From Eledone cirrhosa (taxonomy: Eukaryota): a stretch of 64,000 nt of DNA. Shown here piece after piece: positions 23,565 to 34,786 of the stretch (within the stretch, counting starts at the first letter, position 1; each line of letters starts with the position of its first letter). A program made the position numbers and the translations under genes. The notes under the pieces were generated by a model. The model saw only the letters and a program-made list of their open reading frames with translations. It ran no database searches and was not told the origin of the DNA. Location of the stretch: NCBI GenBank assembly GCA_964016885.1, contig OZ024740.1, positions 313,720,001 to 313,784,000 of the forward strand. Direction: 5' to 3'.

Positions 23565-24013
23565 GTGTGAATGAATGCATGTGAGTGGGTAATTTGTCGT
23601 TCCCAGGAAAGAGTTGAACAATTAAAAGCGAGAACAAATAAAAATGAAAGAAATGTTCAATAAAAGTCATATTTTGTTACCAATGGCGTAATGTTATCAT
23701 ATAAGCTACTCTGATACTCTACAACAGTTCGTCTTGCTAATTTGCTTTTGCTATGATTTCATGTTAGAAATGCATTCACTTTTCTTTACGATGCACATAC
23801 TGTTCTCTAATATCTCTACTAACTACTTTTAAAGTGAGAAATGTACCACTAAGCCCCCGTGGTGCCGCGCTAGGGAAATGATTTTGTGGTTGGTATTAAA
23901 TTGCTTCTGTGAGCCATCTGTTTTAGTGGCAATCTGAATGTGGTAGTCATTAGAAGAATCTGCAAAATTTGACTGCATGCATACATTTATGTATATGTGT
24001 GTAAGTGTGTATG

Positions 24014-24111
<98 letters not shown>

Positions 24112-24454
24112 CCTGTGTGTATGTGTATTTGTGTGTTTGTGTGTGTGTGTATTTATGGCAGTGTTATATGTGAGAGAAAACACTTTATAACCACGATCAG
24201 TTTTCATAAAGATGAAGTATAAGAAGTTTTATAGTTGTTAAAACGGTTTCCATTTCCAGTTCCTATTCATGCACTATAAAGGAGGTCTGGGCGTAGACAT
24301 CGCTGAGTGGTTGAACAGTTTGCTTTCCGGGTTCAGAAACTATTTGAACAGCCAAAATATGGGACACTCGCAACTGATAAAAAGCTCTTGGACAGCATTT
24401 TAGGAAAATGTATTTAGAGACTCTCAGAACGAAACTCTATTTAAAATGTCCAGG

Positions 24455-24800
24455 GCTAGTGTGGGCCTGCTCTGACAGAGGAAATCTTTAACGACAGGCC
24501 ATTAACAGTGGATATAATCACATCGGCCACAAACCCGGTCTCCGCTTCCCGCAATGCAGAGGAGAGGAAGAGAGTTAAATACTGGGACCTGTCTCCGTCG
24601 AGACCTCTGGTGTCCTCGGTCACCGCATTGTTGATTCCCACCGTGAATCGGAAAGAGCCCCGTGAGGTTGGTTGGCTGATGCAGCTGGTGTCTCTGCCCA
24701 TTCTCTGCGGTAACGCTTTTGCCATTTTCTCTGTGGGGTGCGTCTGAGACACTGTTCAGAGTGGGAGGGGGTATAGTATATGTTCCCCCATTCTCCATTT
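24455..24800 (+). mobile_element. CRE-clade non-LTR retrotransposon C-terminal (restriction-like endonuclease) fragment
   Basis: SATNPVSASRNAEERKRVKYWDLS / VETSGVLG / RKEPREVGWLMQLVSLPILCGNAFAIFS across frames. Confidence 0.75.
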
Positions 24801-25533
24801 CTTTCGTTACTTGATTCTTTTTTGCTTTTTCTTCTTTTCATTTACCCATTCCCCAATTTTTTGTTCCCTTTAATGATGTGTTTTTGTATAAACAGCTTTA
24901 TAAGATATCCTAATGTCCTTGTAACGCTCCACAAAATGATAAGATCAGCATAGGTGAACTTGAAAATCAGCGATTATTGGATGAGAGCTGATAATACATT
25001 CTGAAAGAGCAGAACTCGAATGACCTCAACCAACTCAGACTATTATCACATCTAAATGTTGAAGAGGAAATCCTCTTTGTTACGACAGCAAAACTATATG
25101 TCATATCAGTTAGATTCGTGCTTTTTGACTTCCTTAATATTCTACAGGTATAAGGCATTTATCTTCTAGTAAATATATAGAATATTTATTTCTAATCTTT
25201 TCTTTCATTTGTGTGTGTTGTTAACAGTTTAGTTAATTTATACATAAGTATTTGTGTGTCTGTGATTGAACTAATTGTCGTATTTCGTTTTATTTATCTA
25301 GCAACTAAGAGCAATGTGTGATTAAGAACGAATCAGTTATGGAGGGAAGGAGTTAGTTTTCGAATATATACAATCTGTTTCCGAATGTCTAGAAATCTAG
25401 ACGAAACTTAATTGTATTCTCCTGGAACGATTCAAGAAAAAAGTTCACAGAAAATTTAGAAAAAAGGTCTCAAACAGACACGCGCGCGCATATATATGTA
25501 TATGCGTGTGTATATATATATATATATTATATA

Positions 25534-25999
25534 TACAAGGGGAAACCAAAAATTATCCGCACTTTCGCCAAATATTTCTTCAGCACTCGCATGCTAAAAT
25601 GTGGTACTCTCGTGATTGCTTAACCAAGGTTTCATCATATGGCTGCTCCACTGGCAGTGTGCATCAAGGAAGAATAGAGATCAGTGATCCAATTTCTCTG
25701 ATTTAAAGATGTGTCAGGAGCTGAGATTCATTGCAAGCATTCAGTACAATACGGCGAGAGCGCTCTACCGTGTAGAAGTGTGTATGAATGGATCGAGAAG
25801 TTTTGAAATGGCGGGAAAAGCGTGCAGCACGAAGAAGGAGCAGGACGCCCATCAACTTTCACCACTGACGCGAGGATTCGACAATCGCTGAAAAAGTGCA
25901 TCGAAAAGCAAGGAGAAATGATGTAATTGTTTAACCTATGTCTTTGTTTTAATAAATTACAGAAACAATAGTGCGTATACCTTTTGACTACTCCTCATA
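25534..25999 (+). mobile_element. internally deleted mariner-like element
   Basis: Imperfect ~30-bp TIRs (TACAAGGGGAAACCAAAAATTATCCGCACT / AGTGCGTATACCTTTTGACTACTCCTCATA) in a TA run. N-terminal HTH MAAPL..RSVIQFL..AEIH..YGESAL..VYEWIEKF..GAGRPST is joined to C-terminal KKCIEKQG. Confidence 0.85.
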
Positions 26000-26329
26000 T
26001 ATATATATTAGATAGTGAAAATAGTGCCACCGTTGTATTTTTAGTAAATTAGCCTAATAATTTGTAGTTATAAAAACCCACAGAAATGGAGAAAAGAATG
26101 AGCATTAATGTACATGGGACACAAACCCACATCTCTGCTTACCATGGCCATTATGTTACCATTACACTAATACGCCACTCACACAAATTTCCATTAAATT
26201 TGAAACTATATAAGCATAGTGTATGAATACATATATATGAGACAAGGCTTTTTCAGCTTTTGTTTACAAACAGCGGAGAATTTGAAATTAGATAATGAAA
26301 ATAGTGCTACCGTTGTATTGTTCACTACG

Positions 26330-26970
26330 TTCCTAGTATATATAATAAAATGTACGGAGGGACAGTGTAGGAATAGGAACACAGCTTACGTAGATGAGAC
26401 GGCCCGTAGCATAAGAGAGAAGATAAATGAACACTGGCAAGAACTTCAAGATGGGAAAAACTGGTCAGTACTCAACCAGTATTCCAGAATGGAACATGGG
26501 AGCACACAAGAGAACATAGAAATAAAAATCATATCCACACACAGAACAGACGCAATGCTCCACAGATTAGAGACGTGTCAAACATAAACGAACTCTAACC
26601 AAACTAAACAGAATACATGAGTGGAATAGCAACAACATCACAACTAGTAAATAAGAACAAGATAAAGACATACAGAGACACACAAAAACCAAACTAATAA
26701 AACAAACCAGACATACAAAGATAGAGTAAGCATCAAACTAGTGATAAGTAAATAAACATATAAATAAATAAATAAACACGCGTACACAACCAGATATATC
26801 GCATGGCAGCCCAAGTACACATCTCACAAAAACAAGATGGTGTGGGACAGAACAAAGGCGACGTAAAATAACAAATTAGTTACTGAGGAGGTCACGGTAT
26901 GTGTGAGGAAAGAGCCTTGAAATAAACAAATAAACAACTATTGGGTTATTAAACTCAACAACTGAAAGTT
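26330..26970 (+). mobile_element. Penelope-like element 3' fragment: GIY-YIG endonuclease remnant plus 3' pLTR
   Basis: VYIIKCTEGQCRNRNTAYVDETARSIREKINEH...IEIKII...RLE; degenerate hammerhead CTGAGGA GGTCAC..GTGA GGAAA at 26883-26911. Confidence 0.8.
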
Positions 26971-27075
26971 TATAAGATAAATTGAAGTGAAAACCAACAA
27001 GTGCGTGTGTTTTTATTGGCAGCATGTCCCTCCCAAATTATAACTATTATGTATGTATATATATATATATATACA

Positions 27076-27203
27076 CGAGAAAAACCACAAACCCTCAATC
27101 TCAATTCTACTTTTGAAAAGCATAAGAACTGCGAAACCGGTAAAGGAACCAAATAAATATTCTTAAAAAGACACCAGTTGCATTTTCGATTTCATCTTTT
27201 TTT

Positions 27204-27279
<76 letters not shown>

Positions 27280-27915
27280 GAAAGGTATAGAAAGTATTGT
27301 AGCAAGAAGCCAACAGTATTCCATAATATATAATATATTATATATATAGAGAAAAAAGATGAAATCGAAAATGCAACTGGAGTCTTTTTTTTTTTTTTAT
27401 ATATTTATTTGGTTCCTTTACCGGTTTCGCAGTTCTTCTGCTTTTCAAATGTAGAATTGAGATGGAGGGTTTGTGGTTTTTCTCACATCTGGTTGGTCTT
27501 TGAATGTTACTTCTGTTTTATATGGAAAAAAGTGGCTCGAAATGCTAGGTTTTTAGAGAAGTAATTTGGTTGGTTGGTGAATAATAAATAAACAACCTGA
27601 GCCCCCCCCCCCCCCCCCTTCGTTTGAAGGCAAATATAATAAGAACTTTGTAACGCGAACTGGCACGAAATTTATTATACTTTTTCACGAACCAACCAAA
27701 TTACTACTCTAAAAATCTAGCATTTCGAGCCACTTTTTTCCATATGAAACAGAAGTAACATTCAAAGACCAACCAGATGTGAGAAAAACCACAAACCCTC
27801 CATCTCAATTCTACTTTTGAAAAGCAGAAGAACTGCGAAACCGGTAAAGGAACTAAATAAATATATAATTTTTAAAAAAAGGACTCTAGCTGCATTTTCG
27901 ATTTCATCTTTTTGT
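27076..27915. mobile_element. family D: three copies (+,-,+) of a PLE-pLTR-like repeat with a TTGAAAA variant hammerhead
   Basis: CTT TTGAAAA GCAG-AAGAA-CTGC GAAA CCGG TA AAG at 27105-27148(+), 27413-27456(-) and 27809-27852(+). 27350-27577 is inverted relative to 27688-27915. Confidence 0.75.
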
Positions 27916-28076
27916 GTAGGACACCTCGTTTTTTTTTCATTTTGTAAAAAAACCTCACTTTATAATATATATATATATATATATTTAACGGTTAAACAAG
28001 GGTCAATGAATAAATCAATGAATAAAGTTTTACAATAGATTAGAAGCACTCCACATGTATGGTTTTCCGGAGTTAT

Positions 28077-28300
28077 TAATATTAATTCAAAAATTAACAA
28101 ATATAGACATTCGTGTGATCAAGTATATTTTTTTATACATAATATTTTAACCATCTACTTAGTCAAGGTATGTCATGCATCATCTTATGTTATCTGATGA
28201 GGACGTACTGTTGAAGATAGCTCAGTACCTCTGTAATATGTATAATAAAATATACTTGATCACACGAATGTCTATATTTGTTAATATTTTGAATTAATAT
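28077..28300 (+). mobile_element. PLE pLTR copy (28148-28300) preceded by its own inverted 3' end (28077-28140)
   Basis: Direct repeat of 31080-31230; CTGATGA at 28194, GTACTG/CAGTAC stem II, GAAA mutated to GTAA. Confidence 0.75.
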
Positions 28301-28309
28301 ATATATATA

Positions 28310-28790
28310 TCTATATATATAGTTGTAGTTCCTATCTCTTTATTTGTTTGTTCACGAACTCCTCCTATGGTTTTGGAGATAGACCCCCATAACCATATAT
28401 ATTCTGAAACTACATTGCCCAGGGTACTTGGATAAGTATATTTCATTTTAATCAAAGGGTTCCCCGGGGGCACAAATCCATGCTGAAAACTTTTTCCCTT
28501 CGATTTATATGAAACTTAAACCATAGTTAAATGACAAGATATGATGCCTATTCAGCAAATTGCAATAATATTAAGACACCCTAATGGGCGTTAAACCCCC
28601 TATGGTGACAATTTTGGAAGCCCATAACTTGAGTATTGGAACCTCTATTATCACGAGGTTTTTCTGAGTAATATTGAAATGCAGAGTTCTTCTTCATAAG
28701 TTATGTCACTGATTTAAAATCAATCATCGTTTTCTTACAAAAAAAAAGAAAAATGTGTGAAACGCAGCAAGGAGTGGGTAATTCAGCTAG
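28310..28790 (+). mobile_element. probable non-autonomous Helitron
   Basis: Starts A|TC and ends CAGCTAG|T inside an (AT)n tract; no TIRs; subterminal GC-rich patch, but the hairpin is degenerate. Confidence 0.55.
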
Positions 28791-28849
28791 TATATATATA
28801 TATATATTCATTTTATTAAGGCTAAATAGTGAGTTGTCATTTTGATGTT

Positions 28850-28925
28850 TAGCCTGTTCATCATAGGGTCATTTTTGTCTGATGACCCTGTGATAAACAT
28901 GCGAAACTCCGTAGTAACAAGACTT
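28850..28925 (+). ncRNA. hammerhead-like motif with overlapping inverted duplication
   Basis: TTGT CTGATGA ccctgtgataaacatgc GAAA CTccgtAG TA ACAA (28875-28920). 28855-28872 is the inverse of 28882-28899. Confidence 0.55.
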
Positions 28926-28984
28926 ACTATTTAGACTTAGTAAATTGAATATATGAATATATTAAAAAATTTTAAATACTCGAT

Positions 28985-29140
28985 TTTTTGGACGAAGCTT
29001 TGTAATAGTAGAATCTATTCGAATTCGTCTATATCAACTAACTGCAACCTCTGTACTAAGGAGACCCTATTAATAATTACTAATTGTGAAAACTTAATTA
29101 ACAAAATTGTGAATTATTCTCAAACTGCCTTCATAAAGCT
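28985..29140 (+). mobile_element. PLE C-terminal coding remnant
   Basis: YSNSS..NCNLCTKETLLII..NLINK then, frameshifted, ELFSNCLHK; matches the PLE CxLCxxE..LLNKRxE..CxH motif. Confidence 0.7.
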
Positions 29141-29559
29141 TTGTCTACATTCCAAGCCTCGCAAAAATGTCAGGGAAAAACACTAAACAAACAGGTTTTA
29201 ATTTCTGACGTCTCTTATCAACTGTTGTACCTGAAACGTTATAACAGCTTATACAACTTTAATAATACTTTATTTTCTAATCATTTATGATAGAATTAAT
29301 GTTAGAATGAAGGATCCTATTTAGGTATATAAACATATTATTTCTTAACTTGTTCTCTTGATGAATATGCACACCTTTGGATTATTTTAGATATTTATAA
29401 TTTAGATTCGGATCCTTATATTTATATATATTTGTCTTTGTTTTAAATATATAATTTGGATGTTTAACTTGTAAGATTAGCGGTTATAATTGAACCGTAA
29501 ATCATTCATGCATTTATATATTTTACTCAATTTGGGTATGTTTTGGGACTCAGAAAGTT

Positions 29560-31232
29560 AGATTTGCACATATATATTTTTTAATATATATTTAGGTATA
29601 AATATCACAAACCATACTAGTCGACAAATATTGGTCTCTCTTTCCACTGAACTGGAGGTAAAACTACAATTATAACTTTACTAATAATGATTGTAATTAT
29701 TTATTTATTTATTATATGTATATCGTTTCACTAATATCTATAATACTCTCTCTATATATTTGAACAAATATGTTTATCTAGTATAATAACATGCTCGTAG
29801 TTACATTTATAAGTAATTTAGATACTCAAATGACTCTATTGTTATAGGTGTTAGATATTTCCTTAATGTTCGACATTATATAATGATTATTACTTAATTT
29901 AATTTAATTTATTTTATTTTAATTCAATTTAGATTACCTCCGGGTCATTCAAATCATTAGCTCCTCTTTCTATCACCTTCGTTGGACATTTTAGAAGTAT
30001 CTTTTGTCTACTATATAATAAAACCATCTTGCATTTTAAACTATATTTTCTAAATATTGGGAATTTTAATGTTTCGCAAACAATTCATTATTTTTTCACT
30101 TTTTTTTCCACTTTTTATTTTTTCACTTTTTATTTTTTCACTTTTTATTTTTTCACTTTTAATTTTGTATCTAGTCCTTATCCCTATAGTATATATCTAT
30201 TAAATGAACCTTTTACAATAATTGATCTAAAACATTAATTTTTAACAATATTTTCAGTAACTTATTTACTATATTGTATTATATTATGTATATTTGAAAG
30301 GTATCATCTTAAGTCTTCAGACAATATAATCTTTGTGTATTTTTTTGATAAACACATATATGTAATTTAAAATTCAGACCTTTTTAAGTTTAATTATAAG
30401 GCCTGTTGATCCTTTAGGCACTCAAATTGTTAATCATAAATTCTTTAAAAATTATAACGGTAATTATTTCTAAATTATATTATATAAACTGTTGTCAATA
30501 TTATATGATAAATTTGGTAAAGTTTACCTTCGTGAGGTTGTAAAAACATTATGTTTTCTTTCTCGTGTTTGTAAATCCTTTAAATTTGATTTCATAAAAT
30601 TTGATTTTAGAAATTAAATTTGATAGTATACTTTAATATTAATACAGATACCTATTAACTTTTAAAACCTAAAATATTATTCATTACTCTGAACTAACTT
30701 AAATTAAATATTTTGAATATTAACGGTCAACCAGATATGTTTGGATATATATTGTATATATGGAAAATTGTCTAAAGACTTGAACATAAGTTTATTCCTC
30801 TTTATCTCTCTCTCTGTAATCAACTCTCTTTTGCTTTTCTAGGACCCTACTAACTATATTATCCCCCTCATCTGTCTCTTCCTCTATGCTTTTCTTTTCT
30901 TTCATCTTTCTTCTGTAAATTAAATTATTTAACAGTTATATTGATGCCAAGTATTTTTTAAGCTGTCTCACACGCACCCTCTCTATTGTATGTATTATAT
31001 ATTTTTCTCATGTTTCTCAATATTAAGGTATATAAATATTGAGTTTTGTCATATATTACTCACTACCATGACTGAATCTTAACCATCTACTATGTCAGGG
31101 TATGTCATGTATCATCTTATTTTATCTGATGAGGACGTACTGTTGAAGTTAACTCAGTACCTCTGAAATATGTATAATAAAATATACTTGATCACAAGAA
31201 TATCTATTTTGTTAATATTTTGAATTAATATT
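29560..31232 (+). mobile_element. heavily decayed PLE ending in a hammerhead-bearing pLTR (31117-31180)
   Basis: CTGATGA GGACGTACTG..CAGTACCTCT GAAA TATGTA at 31126-31174. Upstream AT-rich DNA shows only faint coding traces, so the 5' boundary is uncertain. Confidence 0.45.
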
Positions 31233-31779
31233 TATATATATATATGTGTGTGTATATATGTGTATGTATGTATGTGTGTATATGTATATATATCTATGTG
31301 TGCGTGTATATATTTATATATATATATATATGTGTGTGTGTATGTGTGTAGGTGTGTATATGTGTGTATATATATATATGTATATGTATTTACATATATA
31401 TATATATGTGTGTATATATATATATGTGTGTGTGTGTATGTGCGTGCGTGTGTACCTACTTATGCGTATGTGTGTATGTAACTTTATAGTTTTTATATTT
31501 ATGTTTTTATCTTTAAGAAATGTTTGTACTATATGTGTGTATTTGGTTGTATGCATTTATGTGTGCGTGTATATGTATTTGTATGTATATACTCTTTTGT
31601 GTTTGTGCTGTGTTTATATGTATGGGGTGTGCTTGTATATTTATATGTATGCGTATGTGTGTGTGTATATGTATATATATATGTGTGTGTGTATGTACAC
31701 ATATATATATGTGTGTGTATATATATATATATTTATATATATATATTTAGTTTTTTTGTGCATTTGCTTACCACGTGCG

Positions 31780-32401
31780 TTTGGTCATTTATTATGTCGA
31801 ACAGCTACTGTCGCGTGTGGAACGAATCCGGCTATCGGCCGAGTCCATAGTGAAGATCGATCCACCGCCTTCCTTAGGTCAGGAAGAGCAGGAAATTTTC
31901 CTCTGTCTGGTGGCAGTTGCAAAAGAGATTATATGGTAGACCAGGTTGAAAAGACTAAAGACAGACACTTTTCTCTTCGGCCAATCCCCCATCAACTTCT
32001 TCAAGTTTCACCTGGAAAGGAAGGTGAGGGTGGAGAGAGAAGTGCTGCCCCCCAGTACATTTGCTAAAAGGTGGGTGAATGTGGCGAGAATGGCTCGTGT
32101 GAATGGGCCTACTCTGACCATGCGCCTATAGGCTAGCTAACTTGAGGAGAGGGGTGCTCTCTCTGGGTGCCCTAGAAGCGCAGGGTGGTTCAGGATTGGT
32201 GGGGTACCTGAAGCACCCCAGGGTCGTACACCCCCTATCGGGGAATTTATTTTGTTATATTTATGCATAGTTTATTTTATATTTTTATATTTTCATTGTT
32301 AAATTAGTCTTGCCATTGAGCACTTTTACTCGACCTTATTGTAAACCCCCACTGTCCCTGTCTTTGTATTGTCCCCTACATGTCATTATTATTATTATTA
32401 T
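31780..32401 (+). mobile_element. Tx1/L1-clade LINE 3' fragment with (ATT)n tail
   Basis: INFFKFHLERKVRVEREVL...GPTLTMRL*; 3'UTR nearly identical to 6550-6800 (minus). Confidence 0.88.
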
Positions 32402-32617
32402 TGAATGCTATGGTTGACCGAGGCTCGGCTCTGTAAGGTATTGTAAATTTTGACCGCTATAACAATTGTAAATTGTTTAAAACTTTAACCAACTTGTAGA
32501 CAAAAACACCCTCCTCCTCGTGAGAGGGGTCTTTCTGCCCGTTATTTGGCCCTTCGGGGTTAAATAACTGCTTATTGGGGTTTTGTGCCCAATATTTATT
32601 TTAAACAAAAAAACAAC

Positions 32618-34707
32618 ATGGCTACGAAAAAGAATTTTCATAGGTCACTCCCACTCATTCCGTCTTCTTCTTCCTCAATCGTCACTACAGCAGAGAGAAG
32701 ATTGTCTCTCTCCCTCCCTTCTTTAAATGTGTCTCTCTCCCTCCCTTCTCTTTCGCAAGCGACGACAGAAAAGAAAAATCTCGTGCAAAGCGTGCAAGAT
32801 TTCTCCACGACGACGACGACAACGACGAAACAGGTGTGCGGGAAATACGAAAACCCATTTCATTCGTCTGACGTCAGGAATAATAGCAGTAGCAGCCGTA
32901 ATAACAACAGCAACAGTGACAAGGAAAACAACAGTAGCAGCCACAACAGCATCAGCAGCAGCATAAACAACAACAACATTAGCAGCAACAACAACAGCAG
33001 CAGCAGCAACGACAACCACAGCAACAGCGGCGCCGGCAGTAGTCGTAGTACCTGCAGCAACAACAAAAGTAACAGCATCTCTGACGACAACAACAACAAC
33101 AACAGCAGCAAAGAAAAACCAATCTCGTTTGCAGGTATCGCAAAGAACCTGGAAACCATCCTCATAACAAATGAGGAATTAGAGGAAGCGAAGAAGATGG
33201 TGACAAAAACTGGACACCGAGCAATCTGCAAGGCAGCTGAAAAAGTTTTCGAAACCCAACAGCACTGTACGGTCACGTACCGTACAGTAAGTACAAAATC
33301 CCGTAGGGTTGAAAGAGCCACAGAGGCTCAAATACAAAAAGCCTTGGGGTCTGTGTAGCAGCGGAAAACGCACATCACCCGAGGCAAGAAATATGCCACC
33401 GTAGACGTACTTTTTGCCACACCCCAGGAGGCAAAGGATCAATCCTTAGTGACCCTAAGGAGCGAGGAAATGGTGTTGGTGCCCTCCTACTGCGGGAAAA
33501 AAATTGTGAGGGTCAAACAGACCCACGCCCCCCCCCCCCCCCCCGGGATGGCCCCTTCTTGGCTGGCCGCGTCTGTCCTCGTCGGAATCGAGGACAAAAC
33601 AACTGTACTGCTAGTACAGAAAAAAGTAAGAGAAGATTGGGTCGGCACCTCCATTGAGAATTTAATCCAAACCAACCAGGAGTGCATCGCATTGAAGCTA
33701 TCCCGGATGTGATAGACTTCGATAACGGCACTCAATTGCCCATAAGTGTTGAGGGCAAACGCCCGAAATGCTTTCGCTGTGGATCGAAGACTCACCTCAG
33801 GGCCTTCTGCAACGAGAAGACCCTGAAAAAGGAGAAAACCCCCCTCCTTCCGAAACCGGCTCCACGGCTACCAGCAACAGGACAAGCGGCAACCAGGAAC
33901 GATAGGTCCGTGGCACCCATACCCACGCCACGGAAATCAAAAGCAGCAGCAGCAGTCGAAGTATTAACAACAACAGCAATACCAAATGCAGCTGCAACAG
34001 AGACTCCAGTGCAAACATCACCAACAACAACAAGTGAAAGAGTGAAGCTGGTACCCCTCCCCGACCTCACAGAATCAGACATGGAGTGTGAGGTGGGAGA
34101 GGGATGGCAAAAGGTCGTAAGAAGGCACAAACGCAGAAGCAGCGCATCGTCGCCTTCGAAAAGGGAGGAAAGAAATGAAAAAAGGGTAAAGGCTACTGCA
34201 AAGAGACTCACAGCAGCAACACCACCAATACCATCACCACCTACACTAGCACCACCATCACCACCGGCGACAACCCCACCGCCAACAACAACAACACCTT
34301 CAACACCACCACCACAAGCACCAACATCGCAAACACAACAACAAAACACACACACCCAGCAACAACGACAAGAAAATAGCAGAACCACACCCCACCCCCA
34401 GAAAAACAAATGCACAGCAATAAATACACACAACAAGAAACTAATGACTTACATAATTGAACACACAGACATTTCACAACACGACTACATAATACCAGCA
34501 CCAATCAAAACGCCAACTAACATAAGACTGCTAAAAATAGCACAGAAACAATACACAAACATTAAAACGAAATTCCCCAACGCAGTTGGTGATTTCAGAG
34601 ACCTAGGAGGGACTCTCAATCGAAGAGTATATTCGGACATACTCATAGAAGAGCCGACGACCAGCCGAAGGGACGATTCAACGGTCCCTTCACCAGACGT
34701 CAAGTGA
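32618..34707 (+). pseudogene. LINE ORF1 (gag-like, CCHC zinc knuckle), frameshifted
   Basis: SFAGIAK motif, EGKRPKCFRCGSKTHLRAFC knuckle, GWQKVVRR and low-complexity N/S and P/T tracts; split over 32585-33358, 33449-33712 and 33682-34707. Confidence 0.8.
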
Positions 34708-34786
34708 AAAGGGATAGAAAAGCCATCCCTCCTCTACGAAGAGTACGGTAAGTGGTCTTTCCCATCTTTTCCACTCTATTTTAAAC

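Noticed and set aside
24965-25010. GGATGAGAG...GAAAG hammerhead-like trace
   Set aside because: Core and stems are too degenerate to support.
31246-31780. Long YI/CV-rich ORFs (also 38361-39090, 53363-54738, 55954-56784 and others)
   Set aside because: Translations of (TA)n, (TG)n and (GTA)n microsatellites.
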